NCBI GenBank assembly: GCA_946578345.1
Contig: CAMOBD010000002.1
Span: 1 to 52,088, forward strand
Source of the DNA: an uncultured Clostridium sp.
GTDB taxonomy: Bacteria > Bacillota > Clostridia > TANB77 > CAG-508
Reading direction: 5' to 3'
DNA: 52,088 nucleotides
This document shows positions 1 to 10,176 of the stretch, piece by piece. How positions within the stretch are numbered: position 1 is the stretch's first letter; each line of letters starts with the position of its first letter. The notes under the pieces are model-generated. The model was not told where the DNA came from. It saw only the letters and a list, made by a program, of their open reading frames with translations, and did no database searches. A program made the position numbers and the translations under genes.

Positions 1-54
1 AGCACTTGACTTTTAATCAAGTTGTCCGCGGTTCGAGTCCGCGATGGCTCACCA
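1..54 (+). tRNA. tRNA-Lys (anticodon UUU), 5' part cut by window edge
   Basis: Anticodon stem-loop CTTGA-CTTTTAA-TCAAG, T-arm GGTTCGAGTCC and 3' terminal CACCA are all visible. The D-arm and 5' acceptor lie outside the window. Confidence 0.8.
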
Positions 55-103
55 ATTTATCTAGGACTTCTAAGATTAGATTAAAAGTCCTAGACAGATT
101 TCT

Positions 104-178
104 GGCCCCGTGGTCAAGCGGTTAAGACATCGCCCTTTCACGGCGGAGACATGGGTTCGATTCCCGTCGGGGTCACCA
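104..178 (+). tRNA. tRNA-Glu (anticodon UUC)
   Basis: Acceptor GGCCCCG pairs with CGGGGTC. Anticodon loop is CTTTCAC, T-loop GGTTCGATTCC, and CCA is encoded. Confidence 0.9.
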
Positions 179-182
179 AAAT

Positions 183-258
<76 letters not shown>

Positions 259-263
259 AACTT

Positions 264-296
264 AAGGAATTAGTTTTATACTAATTCCTTTTTTTA
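264..296 (+). terminator. Rho-independent terminator closing the tRNA cluster
   Basis: 10-bp stem AAGGAATTAG / CTAATTCCTT with a 7-nt loop, followed by a T-run. Confidence 0.75.
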
Positions 297-330
297 AAAG
301 AGAGGGCATATAAAGGAGCGAATTTGAATC

Positions 331-1086
331 ATGGTAGAAAAACAAGGAAAAAATATAGTAAATAAAGTAGTTGTTGTGACAGGAAGTTCAAGAGGTATAG
401 GGGCAGAAATAGTAAAACTTCTTGCGAAATCTGGTCATACAGTTATTCTCAACTACAGTAAATCAGAAGATTGTGCTAAAAGTGTGGAAAATGAGCTAAA
501 AAATCTAGGATATACTGTAGATATTTTTAAAGCTGATGTTTCTAAAAAAGAAGAAGCAGAAAGTTTAGTAAAATTTGCAGTTAACAAATATGGAAGAATA
601 GATGTGCTTATAAATAATGCAGGAATTTCTCAAACAAAACTATTTACAGATATAACTGATGAAGATTGGCAAAATATGCTGAATAATAATTTGAATTCTG
701 CATTTTATTGTACAAGAGAAGCTGTAAAAAATATGATACATAACAAACAGGGATTAATAATAAACATGTCATCTATTTGGGGAGTTACTGGAGCAAGCAT
801 GGAGGTTCATTATTCTACAGCAAAAGCAGGATTAATTGGATTTACAAAAGCTTTAGCAAAAGAGCTTGGCCCTTCAAATATAAGAGTTAATGCGATTGCA
901 CCAGGAATTATTGATACAGATATGTGCAGTGAATATTCTGTAAAAGAAAAGGATAAAATAAAAGAAGAAATACCTTTAGAAAGAATTGGAACGGCAGAGA
1001 ATATTGCAAAATGTGTCAAATGGCTTATAGAAGATGATTACGTGACTGGAGAAGTTATCTCTATAAACGGTGGATGGAACATCTAG
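331..1086 (+). CDS. Short-chain dehydrogenase/reductase, 3-oxoacyl-ACP reductase (FabG)-like
   Basis: 251 aa. Cofactor motif TGSSRGIG, NNAG, catalytic YSTAK (YxxxK), and an upstream AGGAG. Confidence 0.85.
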   Translation: MVEKQGKNIVNKVVVVTGSSRGIGAEIVKLLAKSGHTVILNYSKSEDCAKSVENELKNLGYTVDIFKADVSKKEEAESLVKFAVNKYGRIDVLINNAGISQTKLFTDITDEDWQNMLNNNLNSAFYCTREAVKNMIHNKQGLIINMSSIWGVTGASMEVHYSTAKAGLIGFTKALAKELGPSNIRVNAIAPGIIDTDMCSEYSVKEKDKIKEEIPLERIGTAENIAKCVKWLIEDDYVTGEVISINGGWNI

Positions 1087-1136
1087 TCATAAAATAACGA
1101 TTTTTTTCTAGTGAATAAAAGTAGAGACAAAAAATA

Positions 1137-1167
1137 AAACGACCTACAGTAACTATAGGTCGTTTTA
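1137..1167. terminator. Bidirectional terminator hairpin between convergent genes
   Basis: AAAACGACCTA...TAGGTCGTTTT, with an A-run on one side and a T-run on the other. Confidence 0.6.
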
Positions 1168-1248
1168 TGCAACAAAAGAAAAAATAATATGAAAGGAGTG
1201 CTTTTGTCAGTATAAAGACAAAAACAGTCTAGCACGCTTAATTTAAAT

Positions 1249-1719
1249 CTATTGTTCATTAGTATTATTAACTTTTCTTTTATAATTACCTGATATTATT
1301 TTAGGTAAATAAGTTATTATTTTATAAATAGCAATACGGATTTTCTTACTCCATATATAAGTTTTTCTTAATTTATGAGGCATAACTTCAGTATTTTCTT
1401 CTTTAACAACTAAAGCAAGTTCTGCCTTTTCAATAGGAAATACATAGTTTTGTCCATCATTATTATCCCATTCATTATTTGAATTTCTAAAACATAAATT
1501 TAAGCTGTCATTAGATAGAAGCTCTATTTCGGCTTGGAAACCTAGATCTGATTTTTCCATTTTAATTTCATTTAAATTGTCCCAGTTGTTTCCAAATCCA
1601 TAATGAATGAATACTTCTTCTGAGTTATCTTGAAAAAATTTTCCTGTATAAGAAATTTTTACTGTACTATTTTCAATTAATTTATCTGTGTTAAAAAAAA
1701 TGTTTTTTACTAGTTCCAT
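1249..1719 (-). CDS. Small protein with a starch/carbohydrate-binding-module-like fold (CBM25-like) and a basic C-terminal tail
   Basis: 156 aa. The pattern HYGFGNNW ... EWDNNDGQNYVF resembles the WDNNxGxNY signature of CBM25/26-type modules. The call is motif-level only. Confidence 0.45.
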   Translation of the reverse strand: MELVKNIFFNTDKLIENSTVKISYTGKFFQDNSEEVFIHYGFGNNWDNLNEIKMEKSDLGFQAEIELLSNDSLNLCFRNSNNEWDNNDGQNYVFPIEKAELALVVKEENTEVMPHKLRKTYIWSKKIRIAIYKIITYLPKIISGNYKRKVNNTNEQ

Positions 1720-1832
1720 TTTTATCTCCTTTTTATCTCTTGTAACAATCTATCATAATATAACAAATTATATTATTAAAATACAAAATAAGCAATAGTT
1801 TTTTGAAAAAAATTTGAAAAATTTTGTTTATA

Positions 1833-2420
1833 TTAAAAAATGAGCCCAGTATTAGTTCCAAGTATTTTTCCTATAAAACTATATTTATCTTTATCTGTTA
1901 AAACAATATCTTCGAAATCTTTATTATCTGCTCTTAAGCTAAGTCCGTCTTTTCTAATAACATATCTTCTAATCATTATTTTTCCATTGTAATCTACTAA
2001 AGCGATGTCTTTATTTTCTAACGGAGTATTAAATTCTATAAAAACGTAACAACCTTCTGGGATTTTTGGCTCCATAGATTTATCATTAACTTTTAATGCT
2101 AAACATGCAGAAGGAAAATCAGCTGGTATTTCCATAAATGAGTCTACAGAACTTACTGCAGGTACTTGATTGTATGAAATATGTTCATACATTTTGTTTT
2201 GCATCTGCTCATCTGAAAAAACTTTATCGTAAGTGTACATCAAAGGTTGATAAGGAATTTCCATAGCTCTACAAATTGTTTTTAATGCTCTATGACTAGG
2301 ATTACGCTCTTCATTTTCTAAATGAGAAATATGACCCACATTAATATTTGTAAGCCTTGCTAGGTCTGATTTTGTAATTTTCTTCTCCTCACGAATTCTT
2401 GAAATCATATCTCCTACCAT
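1833..2420 (-). CDS. XRE-family HTH repressor fused to an S24 (LexA/CI-like) autopeptidase domain
   Basis: 195 aa. N-terminal HTH (KSDLARLTNINVGHISHLENEERNPS). C-terminal S24-like segment with SMEP and a downstream Lys. Confidence 0.75.
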   Translation of the reverse strand: MVGDMISRIREEKKITKSDLARLTNINVGHISHLENEERNPSHRALKTICRAMEIPYQPLMYTYDKVFSDEQMQNKMYEHISYNQVPAVSSVDSFMEIPADFPSACLALKVNDKSMEPKIPEGCYVFIEFNTPLENKDIALVDYNGKIMIRRYVIRKDGLSLRADNKDFEDIVLTDKDKYSFIGKILGTNTGLIF

Positions 2421-2632
2421 CTATATCGACCTCTTTCATTAAATTTTTAATTTAAGCATAATGTAATTATACATAAAAAGAAAAAAAATGTCTAGTATAA
2501 AAAATTTTTTTGTAAAAATATAGCGAAAAATGTGTTGTAAAAAATAATTTGTTATGGTAATATAAATTTATAAAATTGTATAGAATAAAGTAAAAATAAT
2601 TAGAGCTGGAAATGCTCAGATAAGAGGTTTTT

Positions 2633-4441
2633 ATGGAAGAAAATAAAAAAGAAGCAGACAATGAATTAGAAGAAAATTCAGCCAAGAATAATGAAGAAGT
2701 AGTAGCGGCAGACAAAAAAGAAGTCAAAAAAGAAAATTTAGAAAAAGACCAAGATAAAAAAGAAATAGAAAAGGAAGAAAGCAAAAAAGAAAAAAAAGTT
2801 AGCAAAAAAACAAAAATATTATTAATAGTAATATTTATAATCTTCTTATTAATTTTTTCTGTTATTTTCGCAATTATTAACATTGGCAATGAAAAAGTAT
2901 TTGGAAAAATATCTATTATGGGAATAGATGTCGGTAATATGACAAGAGAAGAAGCCAAGGAAACTCTGAATAAAATAATAGATGAAAAGATGACTGAAGA
3001 ACTGATTTTAAAGAAAGACGACTACGAGACTAGTTTAAATGCAATTCAATTGGATGCAAATTTTAATATTGATGAGGCTATAAATGAAGCGTATAACATA
3101 GGAAGAAGTGGAAACATTATTACAAATAACTATAACATTTTATATACGATGATTTTTGGAAGAAATATCGATTGTGATTTTAGTTATAGTGAAGATTTAC
3201 TAAATGAAAAAGTAAATAATATTGCTTCTAAAATACCTGGAGCAGTAGTTCAAAGCAGTTATTATATAGAAGACGAAAACTTAATAATTGTAAAAGGAAC
3301 AGAAGGATTAGCAATAGAAGAAGATGAACTAAAAAATGCTATAATTAATGAAATAAAAGATATAAAGCAAAAATATAATATAATAACAATTCCAACAGAA
3401 GAAGTTAAACCAGATGAAATAGACATAGAAAAAATAAAAAATGAAATATATAAAGAGCCACAAGATGCATATGTATCAGAAAATTCTGAAACAGGTAAGA
3501 CAGAAGTCCATACGCATGTAAATGGAGTGGATTTTGCCATTTCTATAGATGAAGCAAAAGAAATTTTAGCCGAAGATAAGCAAGAATATACTATTCCACT
3601 AAAAATAACAGTACCAGACAAAACTATAGCTGATTTAGGAGAAGAGGCATTCCCTGATGAATTAGCTACGTATTCTACCAGATATGATCCTACAAATAAA
3701 AATAGAAGTAATAATATAGCTATTTCAACAGAAAAAATAGATGGAACAATTATAATGCCAGGAGAAACATTCTCATACAATCAAACAGTTGGTGAAAGGA
3801 CAATTGCAGAAGGATACAAAGAAGCAGGAGCTTATGCAGGAGGAAGAGTTGTTCAAGATGTTGGAGGAGGAATTTGTCAAACATCTTCAACACTATATAA
3901 TGCAGCACTTCTTGCAAACTTAGAAATAGTAGATAGAAGCAATCATCAATTTCTAACATCATATGTAGATGCTGGAAGAGATGCAACAGTTGCATGGGGA
4001 TCTATAGATTTTCAATTTAAAAATACAAGAACGTACCCTATAAAAATAGAGGCAACAGCAAAAAATGGAGTATGCACAATGAGTATATATGGCATAAAAG
4101 AAGAAACAGAATATGAAGTAGTTATACAGTCAGAAGTACTTTCATATATACCATTTACTACTAAATATGAAGATGATGAGACTTTGGATGAAGGGGAAGA
4201 AGTTGTTGAACAATCAGGATATAGAGGTTGCACAAGTGAGGCATATAGAATACTTAAACAAAATGGAGAAGTAGTCTCTAAAACGCTATTATCTAAAGAT
4301 ACTTATGACCCTATGACAAGAATTATAAAAAGAGGAACAAAAAAGGAGGCAGTAACAACTAAAACTAATGAAAAAGTTGACAATGAAGAAACAAACCAAG
4401 TAGATAATACATTAGCACAAGAAGTGAATAATGTAGAATAA
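2633..4441 (+). CDS. VanW-family protein (membrane anchored, Lys/Glu-rich N-terminus)
   Basis: 602 aa, one TM helix. The VanW core ETFSYNQTVGERT...GGGICQTSSTLYNAAL is readable. Confidence 0.8.
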   Translation: MEENKKEADNELEENSAKNNEEVVAADKKEVKKENLEKDQDKKEIEKEESKKEKKVSKKTKILLIVIFIIFLLIFSVIFAIINIGNEKVFGKISIMGIDVGNMTREEAKETLNKIIDEKMTEELILKKDDYETSLNAIQLDANFNIDEAINEAYNIGRSGNIITNNYNILYTMIFGRNIDCDFSYSEDLLNEKVNNIASKIPGAVVQSSYYIEDENLIIVKGTEGLAIEEDELKNAIINEIKDIKQKYNIITIPTEEVKPDEIDIEKIKNEIYKEPQDAYVSENSETGKTEVHTHVNGVDFAISIDEAKEILAEDKQEYTIPLKITVPDKTIADLGEEAFPDELATYSTRYDPTNKNRSNNIAISTEKIDGTIIMPGETFSYNQTVGERTIAEGYKEAGAYAGGRVVQDVGGGICQTSSTLYNAALLANLEIVDRSNHQFLTSYVDAGRDATVAWGSIDFQFKNTRTYPIKIEATAKNGVCTMSIYGIKEETEYEVVIQSEVLSYIPFTTKYEDDETLDEGEEVVEQSGYRGCTSEAYRILKQNGEVVSKTLLSKDTYDPMTRIIKRGTKKEAVTTKTNEKVDNEETNQVDNTLAQEVNNVE

Positions 4442-4480
4442 AATACAAAAAATAGAAAATAATAATTAAGGGGGATACGT

Positions 4481-5122
4481 ATGATAAAAAAATCTATAGT
4501 AACAATATTTTTAATAATAGCAATATTATTTGCTTTTATAATACCATGTTTAGCATATGAGGATGAACTTTTTGAATTTGATCTACCAAGTAATTATGCA
4601 AATATGTCATATCAAAGTGTTTATATATTTGGTGATACATCAGGGAATTCGAATAGAGGATTTATAATTTATGTATATGAAAATGATGAGATGAAAAAGT
4701 CAGTTTGGGATATAAGTGATGACGACCTGGACTATTTGATAAGAAAATTAGGATATTCTGTAACAGTTATTAATACAGACAAAAAGGCAAAATTAGGAAA
4801 AGAAAAGGCGGTTAAGATAACAGCAACAGATTCAGGTGAATATGCAGATATGTACATTTTAGCATCAAATAAATACATTTATTTAGTTATGTTTTTTGGA
4901 GATTCTACATCAGATTTAAACTGTGCTGACTATGAAATGATAAAGGATTCATTTAAACTAAAAGATGCAACGACTAATTATAAAGCAATTTTTACAGTTG
5001 GATTTATAATAATTATTGTAGTAATAATGCTATTTAGCTCAAGAAGAAGACCACCGTATAATCCAAATCATAATATAGATTATAAAAATATGACAGAAGA
5101 AGATTTTAATATAAAGCAATAG
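4481..5122 (+). CDS. Hypothetical exported/membrane protein (N-terminal signal peptide, C-terminal TM anchor)
   Basis: 213 aa. RBS GGGGGA lies upstream. Both termini are hydrophobic. I recognise no family. Confidence 0.5.
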   Translation: MIKKSIVTIFLIIAILFAFIIPCLAYEDELFEFDLPSNYANMSYQSVYIFGDTSGNSNRGFIIYVYENDEMKKSVWDISDDDLDYLIRKLGYSVTVINTDKKAKLGKEKAVKITATDSGEYADMYILASNKYIYLVMFFGDSTSDLNCADYEMIKDSFKLKDATTNYKAIFTVGFIIIIVVIMLFSSRRRPPYNPNHNIDYKNMTEEDFNIKQ

Positions 5123-5130
5123 AAAAAAAG

Positions 5131-5156
5131 ACCACACCGCAAAGGTGTGGCTTTTT
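5131..5156 (+). terminator. Rho-independent terminator
   Basis: ACCACACC-GCAA-AGGTGTGG followed by CTTTTT. Confidence 0.75.
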
Positions 5157-5231
5157 GGTGCGCCATAGAGGATTCGAACCTCCGACCATTTGATTAAGAG
5201 TCAACTGCTCTACCAACTGAGCTAATGGCGC
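5156..5231 (-). tRNA. tRNA-Lys (anticodon CUU)
   Basis: The reverse complement reads GCGCCATTAGCTCAGTTGGTAGAGCAGTTGACTCTTAATCAA...GGTTCGAATCCTCTATGGCGCACCA. Anticodon loop is CTCTTAA. Confidence 0.9.
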
Positions 5232-5514
5232 ATTTATGTAATTTAATATTTTAAATAAAAACATTTTATATGTTTCAAAAAAATAAGAAAAGTAGCTTCG
5301 CTATATGTGCATTTCGCTTCGCGAATATGCACGAACCAAAGAAACTTAACCTTGTTGTATACGGAAAAATCAAAGATTTTTCCTATACAATAAAATATTA
5401 ATCAAACAACATAAATATTATAATGCCAAAATGAAGTTTTGTCAATATTTTTTCAAATTTAAGTTGTAATTATTCCTAAGGTATGTTAATATATTATACT
5501 GAGGGGTGATAACT

Positions 5515-6465
5515 ATGTTTAAAATGTATAGAACAGATATGGAAACAAATATAACAGTAGAAACAAAAGAATATATAAAAGGGAATTGGATAAACATGGT
5601 CTCACCGAGTGATGAAGAAATAAAAACAGTGTGCGAAAATATTGGAATTCAAGAAGATTTCATTAGATATGCGCTGGACTCAGAGGAAAAAGCCAGAATA
5701 GACGTTGAAGATGATGACAACACAATATTGTTTATAATAGATACTCCTATAATGGAGATTGAATTTGGTGCAAAGGTATATAGTACAATGCCTATTGGTG
5801 TAATTTTCGTAAGAGATGACTACATCATAACAGTATCTTTAAGTAAAAATCCTATTATGGAGGAGCTTACTAAAAAGAAAAATAGGAATATGATAACATA
5901 CAAAAAAAGTAGAATGCTTTTGCAGATTTTTTATTCAAATGCAGAAATGTTTCTAAGTCTATTAAAAAAGTTAAATAAAGAAACAGAAATTGCTGAGAAT
6001 GTTTTAAAGAACTCGATGAAGAATAAAGAATTGTTAAAATTGCTAAGCTTAGAAAAAGGATTGGTATACTTTACAACATCATTAAAATCAAATGAAGTTG
6101 TAATGGAAAAAACAATGAGGGGCAATCTAATTAAACTATATGATGAAGATGAAGATATACTAGAAGATGCAATCATAGAAAATAAACAGGCAATAGAAAT
6201 GGCAAGGATTTATAGAGATATATTATCAGGAACAATGGATGCATATGCTTCTATAATCTCAAATAACTTAAATGGTGTTATGAAATATCTAACATCAATT
6301 ACAATTATATTAGCAATACCAACAATGATAGCAAGTTATTGGGGAATGAATGTGCCAGTTCCATTACAGGATAATCCAATTGGATTTATAGCTATAGTAT
6401 TAATTTCAATTCTAATTGGCGTAATAGCTACATTATGGTTGAAAAGAAAGGGAATGCTCGACTGA
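5515..6465 (+). CDS. corA: CorA-family magnesium/cobalt transporter
   Basis: About 316 aa. YWGMNV (GMN motif) sits between two C-terminal TM helices. ATG 5515 follows GAGGGG. The track's GTG at 5506 is less likely. Confidence 0.85.
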   Translation: MFKMYRTDMETNITVETKEYIKGNWINMVSPSDEEIKTVCENIGIQEDFIRYALDSEEKARIDVEDDDNTILFIIDTPIMEIEFGAKVYSTMPIGVIFVRDDYIITVSLSKNPIMEELTKKKNRNMITYKKSRMLLQIFYSNAEMFLSLLKKLNKETEIAENVLKNSMKNKELLKLLSLEKGLVYFTTSLKSNEVVMEKTMRGNLIKLYDEDEDILEDAIIENKQAIEMARIYRDILSGTMDAYASIISNNLNGVMKYLTSITIILAIPTMIASYWGMNVPVPLQDNPIGFIAIVLISILIGVIATLWLKRKGMLD

Positions 6466-6628
6466 GAAAATGGGGACAGTCCCAAAATTCTCATTTATGA
6501 GAAATTGGGGACAGGTCTTAGTTAATAATAAAGAAAAAATATTTTATTAATAGGGAATGGGAGTCATTAAAACGACAATTTTGTCGCGAAAAGGCCTGTC
6601 CCTAAAGCGACAAAAGGAGGAAATAGAG

Positions 6629-8209
6629 ATGTTAACTGCGACAGGAGTTACAGTAAGATTTGGAAAGAGAACATTATTTGAAGATGTTAATATTAAATTT
6701 AATAAAGGATGTTGTTATGGAATAATTGGTGCAAATGGTGCCGGCAAATCAACATTTTTAAAGGTTTTATCTGGGGAATTAGAACCTAGTAAAGGTGAAG
6801 TTTCAAAAGAGAAAAATGAAAGAATTTCTGTATTAAAGCAAGACCACTTTGCTTTTGAAGAGTTTACAGTAATGGATACTGTTATAATGGGGAATGAAGA
6901 GTTATATAGCATAATGAAAGAAAAAGAAGCTATATATGCAAAACCTGATTTTTCTGAGGAAGATGGAATGAAAGCTGCAAAACTTGAGGAAAGATTTGCA
7001 GAGCTTGATGGTTGGAATGCTGAATCAGATGGAGCAGTTCTTTTAAATGATTTAGGAATTGAGCCAGACAAGCACTATAAGTTAATGAGCGAAATTGAGC
7101 CAAAAGATAAAGTCAAAGTGTTATTAGCACAGGCTTTGTTTGGAAATCCTGACATTTTGTTATTAGACGAGCCTACAAATGACTTGGATTTAAAAAGTAT
7201 AAATTGGTTAGAAGAATTTTTAATTGATTTTGAAAATACAGTTATTGTAGTTTCTCATGATAGATATTTCTTAAATAAGGTATGTACACATATTGCAGAT
7301 GTTGACTTTGGAAAAATTAAAGTATACCCTGGAAACTATGATTTCTGGTATGAATCAAGCCAGCTTGCATTAAAGCAAATGAAAGAAGCTAATAAAAAGA
7401 AAGAAGAAAAGATAAAAGAACTTCAAGAATTTATTGCTAGATTTAGTGCCAATGCATCAAAATCAAAACAAGCAACATCAAGAAAGAAATCTTTAGAGAA
7501 AATAGAATTGGATGAAATAAAACCTTCTAATAGAAGATATCCATATATAGATTTTAAACCAGATAGAGAGCCTGGAAAAGATATATTAGAAGTAAGAAAT
7601 ATATCAAAAACAATAAATGGTGAGAAAATATTGGATAAAGTATCATTTGTAGTAAAACCAAATGACAAAATAGCATTTTTAGCAGATAATGAAAATGCAA
7701 AAACAGTATTATTTCAAATATTAGCAGGAGAAATAGAACCAGACTCAGGAACTATTAGATATGGAACAACGATAACAACAAATTATTTTCCAAAGGATAA
7801 TAACTATTTATTTGAGTCAGACTTATCTATTACAGATTGGTTAAGACAGTATTCTAAAGACCCAGATGAGACATATGTAAGAAGCTTCTTAGGAAGAATG
7901 TTATTTTCTGGAGAAGAAGCTCTTAAAAAAGTAAATGTATTATCTGGAGGAGAGAAAGTAAGATGTGTACTTTCTAAAATGATGCTTTCAGGAGCAAACC
8001 TTCTTATATTTGATGAGCCAACTAACCATTTGGATATGGAAAGTATTACAGCATTAAATGAAGGAATGAAGAGATATAAAGGAATTATATTATTCACTTC
8101 ACATGACCATCAATTAACTCAAACAGTAGCAAATAGAATATTAGACATAAAGAAAGACAAGTTAGTTGATAGAGAAGTAACATATAATGAATACTTAGGA
8201 ATAGAATAA
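6629..8209 (+). CDS. ABC-F family ATPase (two ABC domains, no TM domain; YbiT/EttA-like translation-associated factor)
   Basis: Walker A GANGAGKST, signature LSGGEKVR, Walker B LLLDEPTNDLD / LIFDEPTNHLD, and a charged inter-domain linker. ATG 6629 is preceded by AAAGGAGG. The track's upstream extension is rejected. Confidence 0.9.
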   Translation: MLTATGVTVRFGKRTLFEDVNIKFNKGCCYGIIGANGAGKSTFLKVLSGELEPSKGEVSKEKNERISVLKQDHFAFEEFTVMDTVIMGNEELYSIMKEKEAIYAKPDFSEEDGMKAAKLEERFAELDGWNAESDGAVLLNDLGIEPDKHYKLMSEIEPKDKVKVLLAQALFGNPDILLLDEPTNDLDLKSINWLEEFLIDFENTVIVVSHDRYFLNKVCTHIADVDFGKIKVYPGNYDFWYESSQLALKQMKEANKKKEEKIKELQEFIARFSANASKSKQATSRKKSLEKIELDEIKPSNRRYPYIDFKPDREPGKDILEVRNISKTINGEKILDKVSFVVKPNDKIAFLADNENAKTVLFQILAGEIEPDSGTIRYGTTITTNYFPKDNNYLFESDLSITDWLRQYSKDPDETYVRSFLGRMLFSGEEALKKVNVLSGGEKVRCVLSKMMLSGANLLIFDEPTNHLDMESITALNEGMKRYKGIILFTSHDHQLTQTVANRILDIKKDKLVDREVTYNEYLGIE

Positions 8210-8210
8210 T

Positions 8211-8297
8211 TTACAAAAGGGGACGGACTCAAATTGTAAAAAAGTAAATATTACTTTGAGAAGTTTTTTTACAATTTGAGTCCGTCCCCTTTTGTAA
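8211..8297. repeat. About 33-bp inverted repeat (long hairpin) between convergent genes
   Basis: TTACAAAAGGGGACGGACTCAAATTGTAAAAAA ... TTTTTTTACAATTTGAGTCCGTCCCCTTTTGTAA, loop of about 20 nt. Probably a bidirectional terminator or dispersed palindromic element. Confidence 0.8.
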
Positions 8298-8313
8298 AAA
8301 ACTTCTCAGCAAA

Positions 8314-9000
8314 TTAATCAATATTAAATATTATTTTACCATCACTGTATGTACTATCATCATATTCAATTTCAATTGTTTCAGCATCAGATGGCACTTC
8401 AAAATATATAGAACCAGTGGCTTTTTTACCAGAAGCTATTGATTCTGAAAAATATCCATCTTCTACAGAGTTAAAACTATCACAAGAGAATTTGTCTGCA
8501 TAGCATGTAAAATCATATGATGAAATATATGCAGAATAATCACCAACATTTTCAAATTCAAAATTTGCTTTTAATATTTTACATCCATCTTCTACGCTAG
8601 CAAAATCATAATAGTCTTTGAAATCTTTTTCTACAGATGTTAAAGTTACCTTTACATCATCTAAAGTTGCAGATTCTCCAACATTGCAAGTTATATCCTC
8701 TTGTTCGAATTCTGTTATAATTTCACTTTCTAAATTTGTTAAACTACTTGATATAGCGTCAGATGCGTTGTTATAAACATAAACGGCAAAAACAACAATT
8801 AAGATACATATTGCTAAAGCTATTGTAGACAATACAATACCAGCTATTGATAGCCCTTTTGGTAATTTCTTTTTAGACTTTATGACAGTATCCACTATTC
8901 CTAATATTAAAGCCAAAATAGCAGGTAAAATTAAAAAGACGCTTAAAAATGGTGATAGTATTAAACAAACTAAACCAATTACAAATGATGCAATTCCCAT
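8314..9000 (-). CDS. Membrane protein with extracellular beta-rich domain (DUF4352-like)
   Basis: 228 aa. Two N-terminal TM helices, then a Ser/Asp-rich domain ending in GSIYFEVPSDAETIEIEY. The family name is recalled from memory and not verified. Confidence 0.5.
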   Translation of the reverse strand: MGIASFVIGLVCLILSPFLSVFLILPAILALILGIVDTVIKSKKKLPKGLSIAGIVLSTIALAICILIVVFAVYVYNNASDAISSSLTNLESEIITEFEQEDITCNVGESATLDDVKVTLTSVEKDFKDYYDFASVEDGCKILKANFEFENVGDYSAYISSYDFTCYADKFSCDSFNSVEDGYFSESIASGKKATGSIYFEVPSDAETIEIEYDDSTYSDGKIIFNID

Positions 9001-9141
9001 ATAAACTTCCCCTTTCTAAATTATAAATATAAACAGATTAATGTCTGTTTTTTGATAATATAATATATGCAATATTATATTATCAAATACAATTTTATTA
9101 TACTACAGAATTCGACAAAAAACAATACTAAAACATAAAAG

Positions 9142-9170
9142 TTGACATAAACTAAAATAAAATGTATAAT
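9142..9170 (+). promoter_or_regulatory. Consensus sigma-A promoter
   Basis: TTGACA (9142-9147), exact 17-nt spacer, TATAAT (9165-9170), 36 nt upstream of the ATG at 9206. Confidence 0.7.
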
Positions 9171-9205
9171 AGATATATATATTTTTTTATAAGGAGGGCT
9201 AAACT

Positions 9206-10156
9206 ATGTTTGGCTGGATTAACAACAAGACGGAAGAGAGATTGACAATCCAAGCACAAGAACAACTAAAAGCATTTTTGAAACGGAGGCTTGATAAATT
9301 AAGCGTTAAAGAGGCTGAGAGAATTCTCTGGCAACTGACATACTCATTGGTACTTCTGCAAGAAATGGGAATTCCAGCATGCCGAGAAAACGCTGATATT
9401 GTTCGAGCTGAGCTTGTAGCTCAGTTTAGAACACATTTTCCAAACTGGAATTATGCCACTGAAGTAAGCCAGTATGAAAAGTTTGAAGAGTACAAAGATC
9501 TTCGGAAAAGCTTAAATGGCGATAAATATGCCATCTGGGAAGTTGTAAAAAGAGCAGAAAACAGTGTAAACAACGATAAACCGACAAGAGAAAAAACTGT
9601 AGCATTGCTACGAAACAAAAATATGGCTAAAGTTCCAACGGGTTTTAAGTTGTTAGGCTTTTCGAATGAAGAAGAGGTGAAATTTCTAATTTCGTACAGA
9701 TTCGATATTGCAAACTTTCTGGAAAAAATCTATGCTGATTTTGATAGCAGTCTGGATGCTTATCGTAGTTATCCAGATTGCAAAGTACAAGATGTAACCC
9801 ATGTAGATTGTACTTCACAGGCTAAAGCCGACAAGCAAGAGATGGCTATTCAGTATCCAGGAACCCCAGAAGAAACACAAAAGGCTGCTGAAATAAAGAA
9901 GGGATATAGGAGAAGTGGCGGACTGAAAGAATATATAGTTCAAAATAGTAATGAACTTCAACAACTTCTGGAACTTATCCAAAAGAATCCTGAACTCAAA
10001 TGGCTTTTGAAACACCCAGAAGAGGTAAAACAATTGACAGAAAGGTCTAAAGAGATTGGGTTTGAGGAATATTCACAACCAATCCTCAACGATATGGAAG
10101 AAGTCTTACAGCTCTGCATTCTTTTAAGAAGGTTTGAGCCCTCAGAAAGCTCATAA
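9206..10156 (+). CDS. Hypothetical protein, compositionally atypical (visibly higher GC and different codon usage than neighbours)
   Basis: 316 aa. RBS AAGGAGGG. I recognise no family. It contains two in-frame CGG codons (AAA CGG AGG; CTT CGG AAA) and CTG/GCC-type codons that are rare in the flanking genes. Confidence 0.6.
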   Translation: MFGWINNKTEERLTIQAQEQLKAFLKRRLDKLSVKEAERILWQLTYSLVLLQEMGIPACRENADIVRAELVAQFRTHFPNWNYATEVSQYEKFEEYKDLRKSLNGDKYAIWEVVKRAENSVNNDKPTREKTVALLRNKNMAKVPTGFKLLGFSNEEEVKFLISYRFDIANFLEKIYADFDSSLDAYRSYPDCKVQDVTHVDCTSQAKADKQEMAIQYPGTPEETQKAAEIKKGYRRSGGLKEYIVQNSNELQQLLELIQKNPELKWLLKHPEEVKQLTERSKEIGFEEYSQPILNDMEEVLQLCILLRRFEPSESS

Positions 10157-10176
10157 ATTTATGAGCTTCAAATGAA

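Noticed and set aside
2633-2830. The Lys/Glu-rich, A-rich stretch at the start of the VanW gene as a tandem DNA repeat.
   Set aside because: There is no fixed repeat unit. It is low-complexity coding sequence for a charged cytoplasmic tail ahead of the TM helix.
2467-3780. Long antisense ORFs in the track. These include 2467-2958, 3262-3780, 810-1019, 6715-7071, 11943-12323, 12984-13388, 15094-15417, 26872-27204, 28014-28424 and 49803-50135.
   Set aside because: They lie opposite genes with clear family motifs, and their products are low-complexity Ser/Phe/Leu/Ile strings. These are shadow frames of purine-rich, AT-rich coding strands.
5232-5514. An Mg2+ (M-box) riboswitch upstream of corA.
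   Set aside because: I could not find the conserved M-box core sequences. There are only two short hairpins (5307-5332 and 5363-5383), of the same type seen in other intergenic regions.
6557-6628. N-terminal extensions offered by the track for the ABC-F gene (6557), tex (11224), the HD-GYP regulator (14779), GNAT (10911), mazE (51708) and the integrase (40844).
   Set aside because: In each case an internal ATG is preceded by a good GGAGG-type RBS at the right spacing. The extension runs through hairpin or repeat sequence and adds non-conserved residues.
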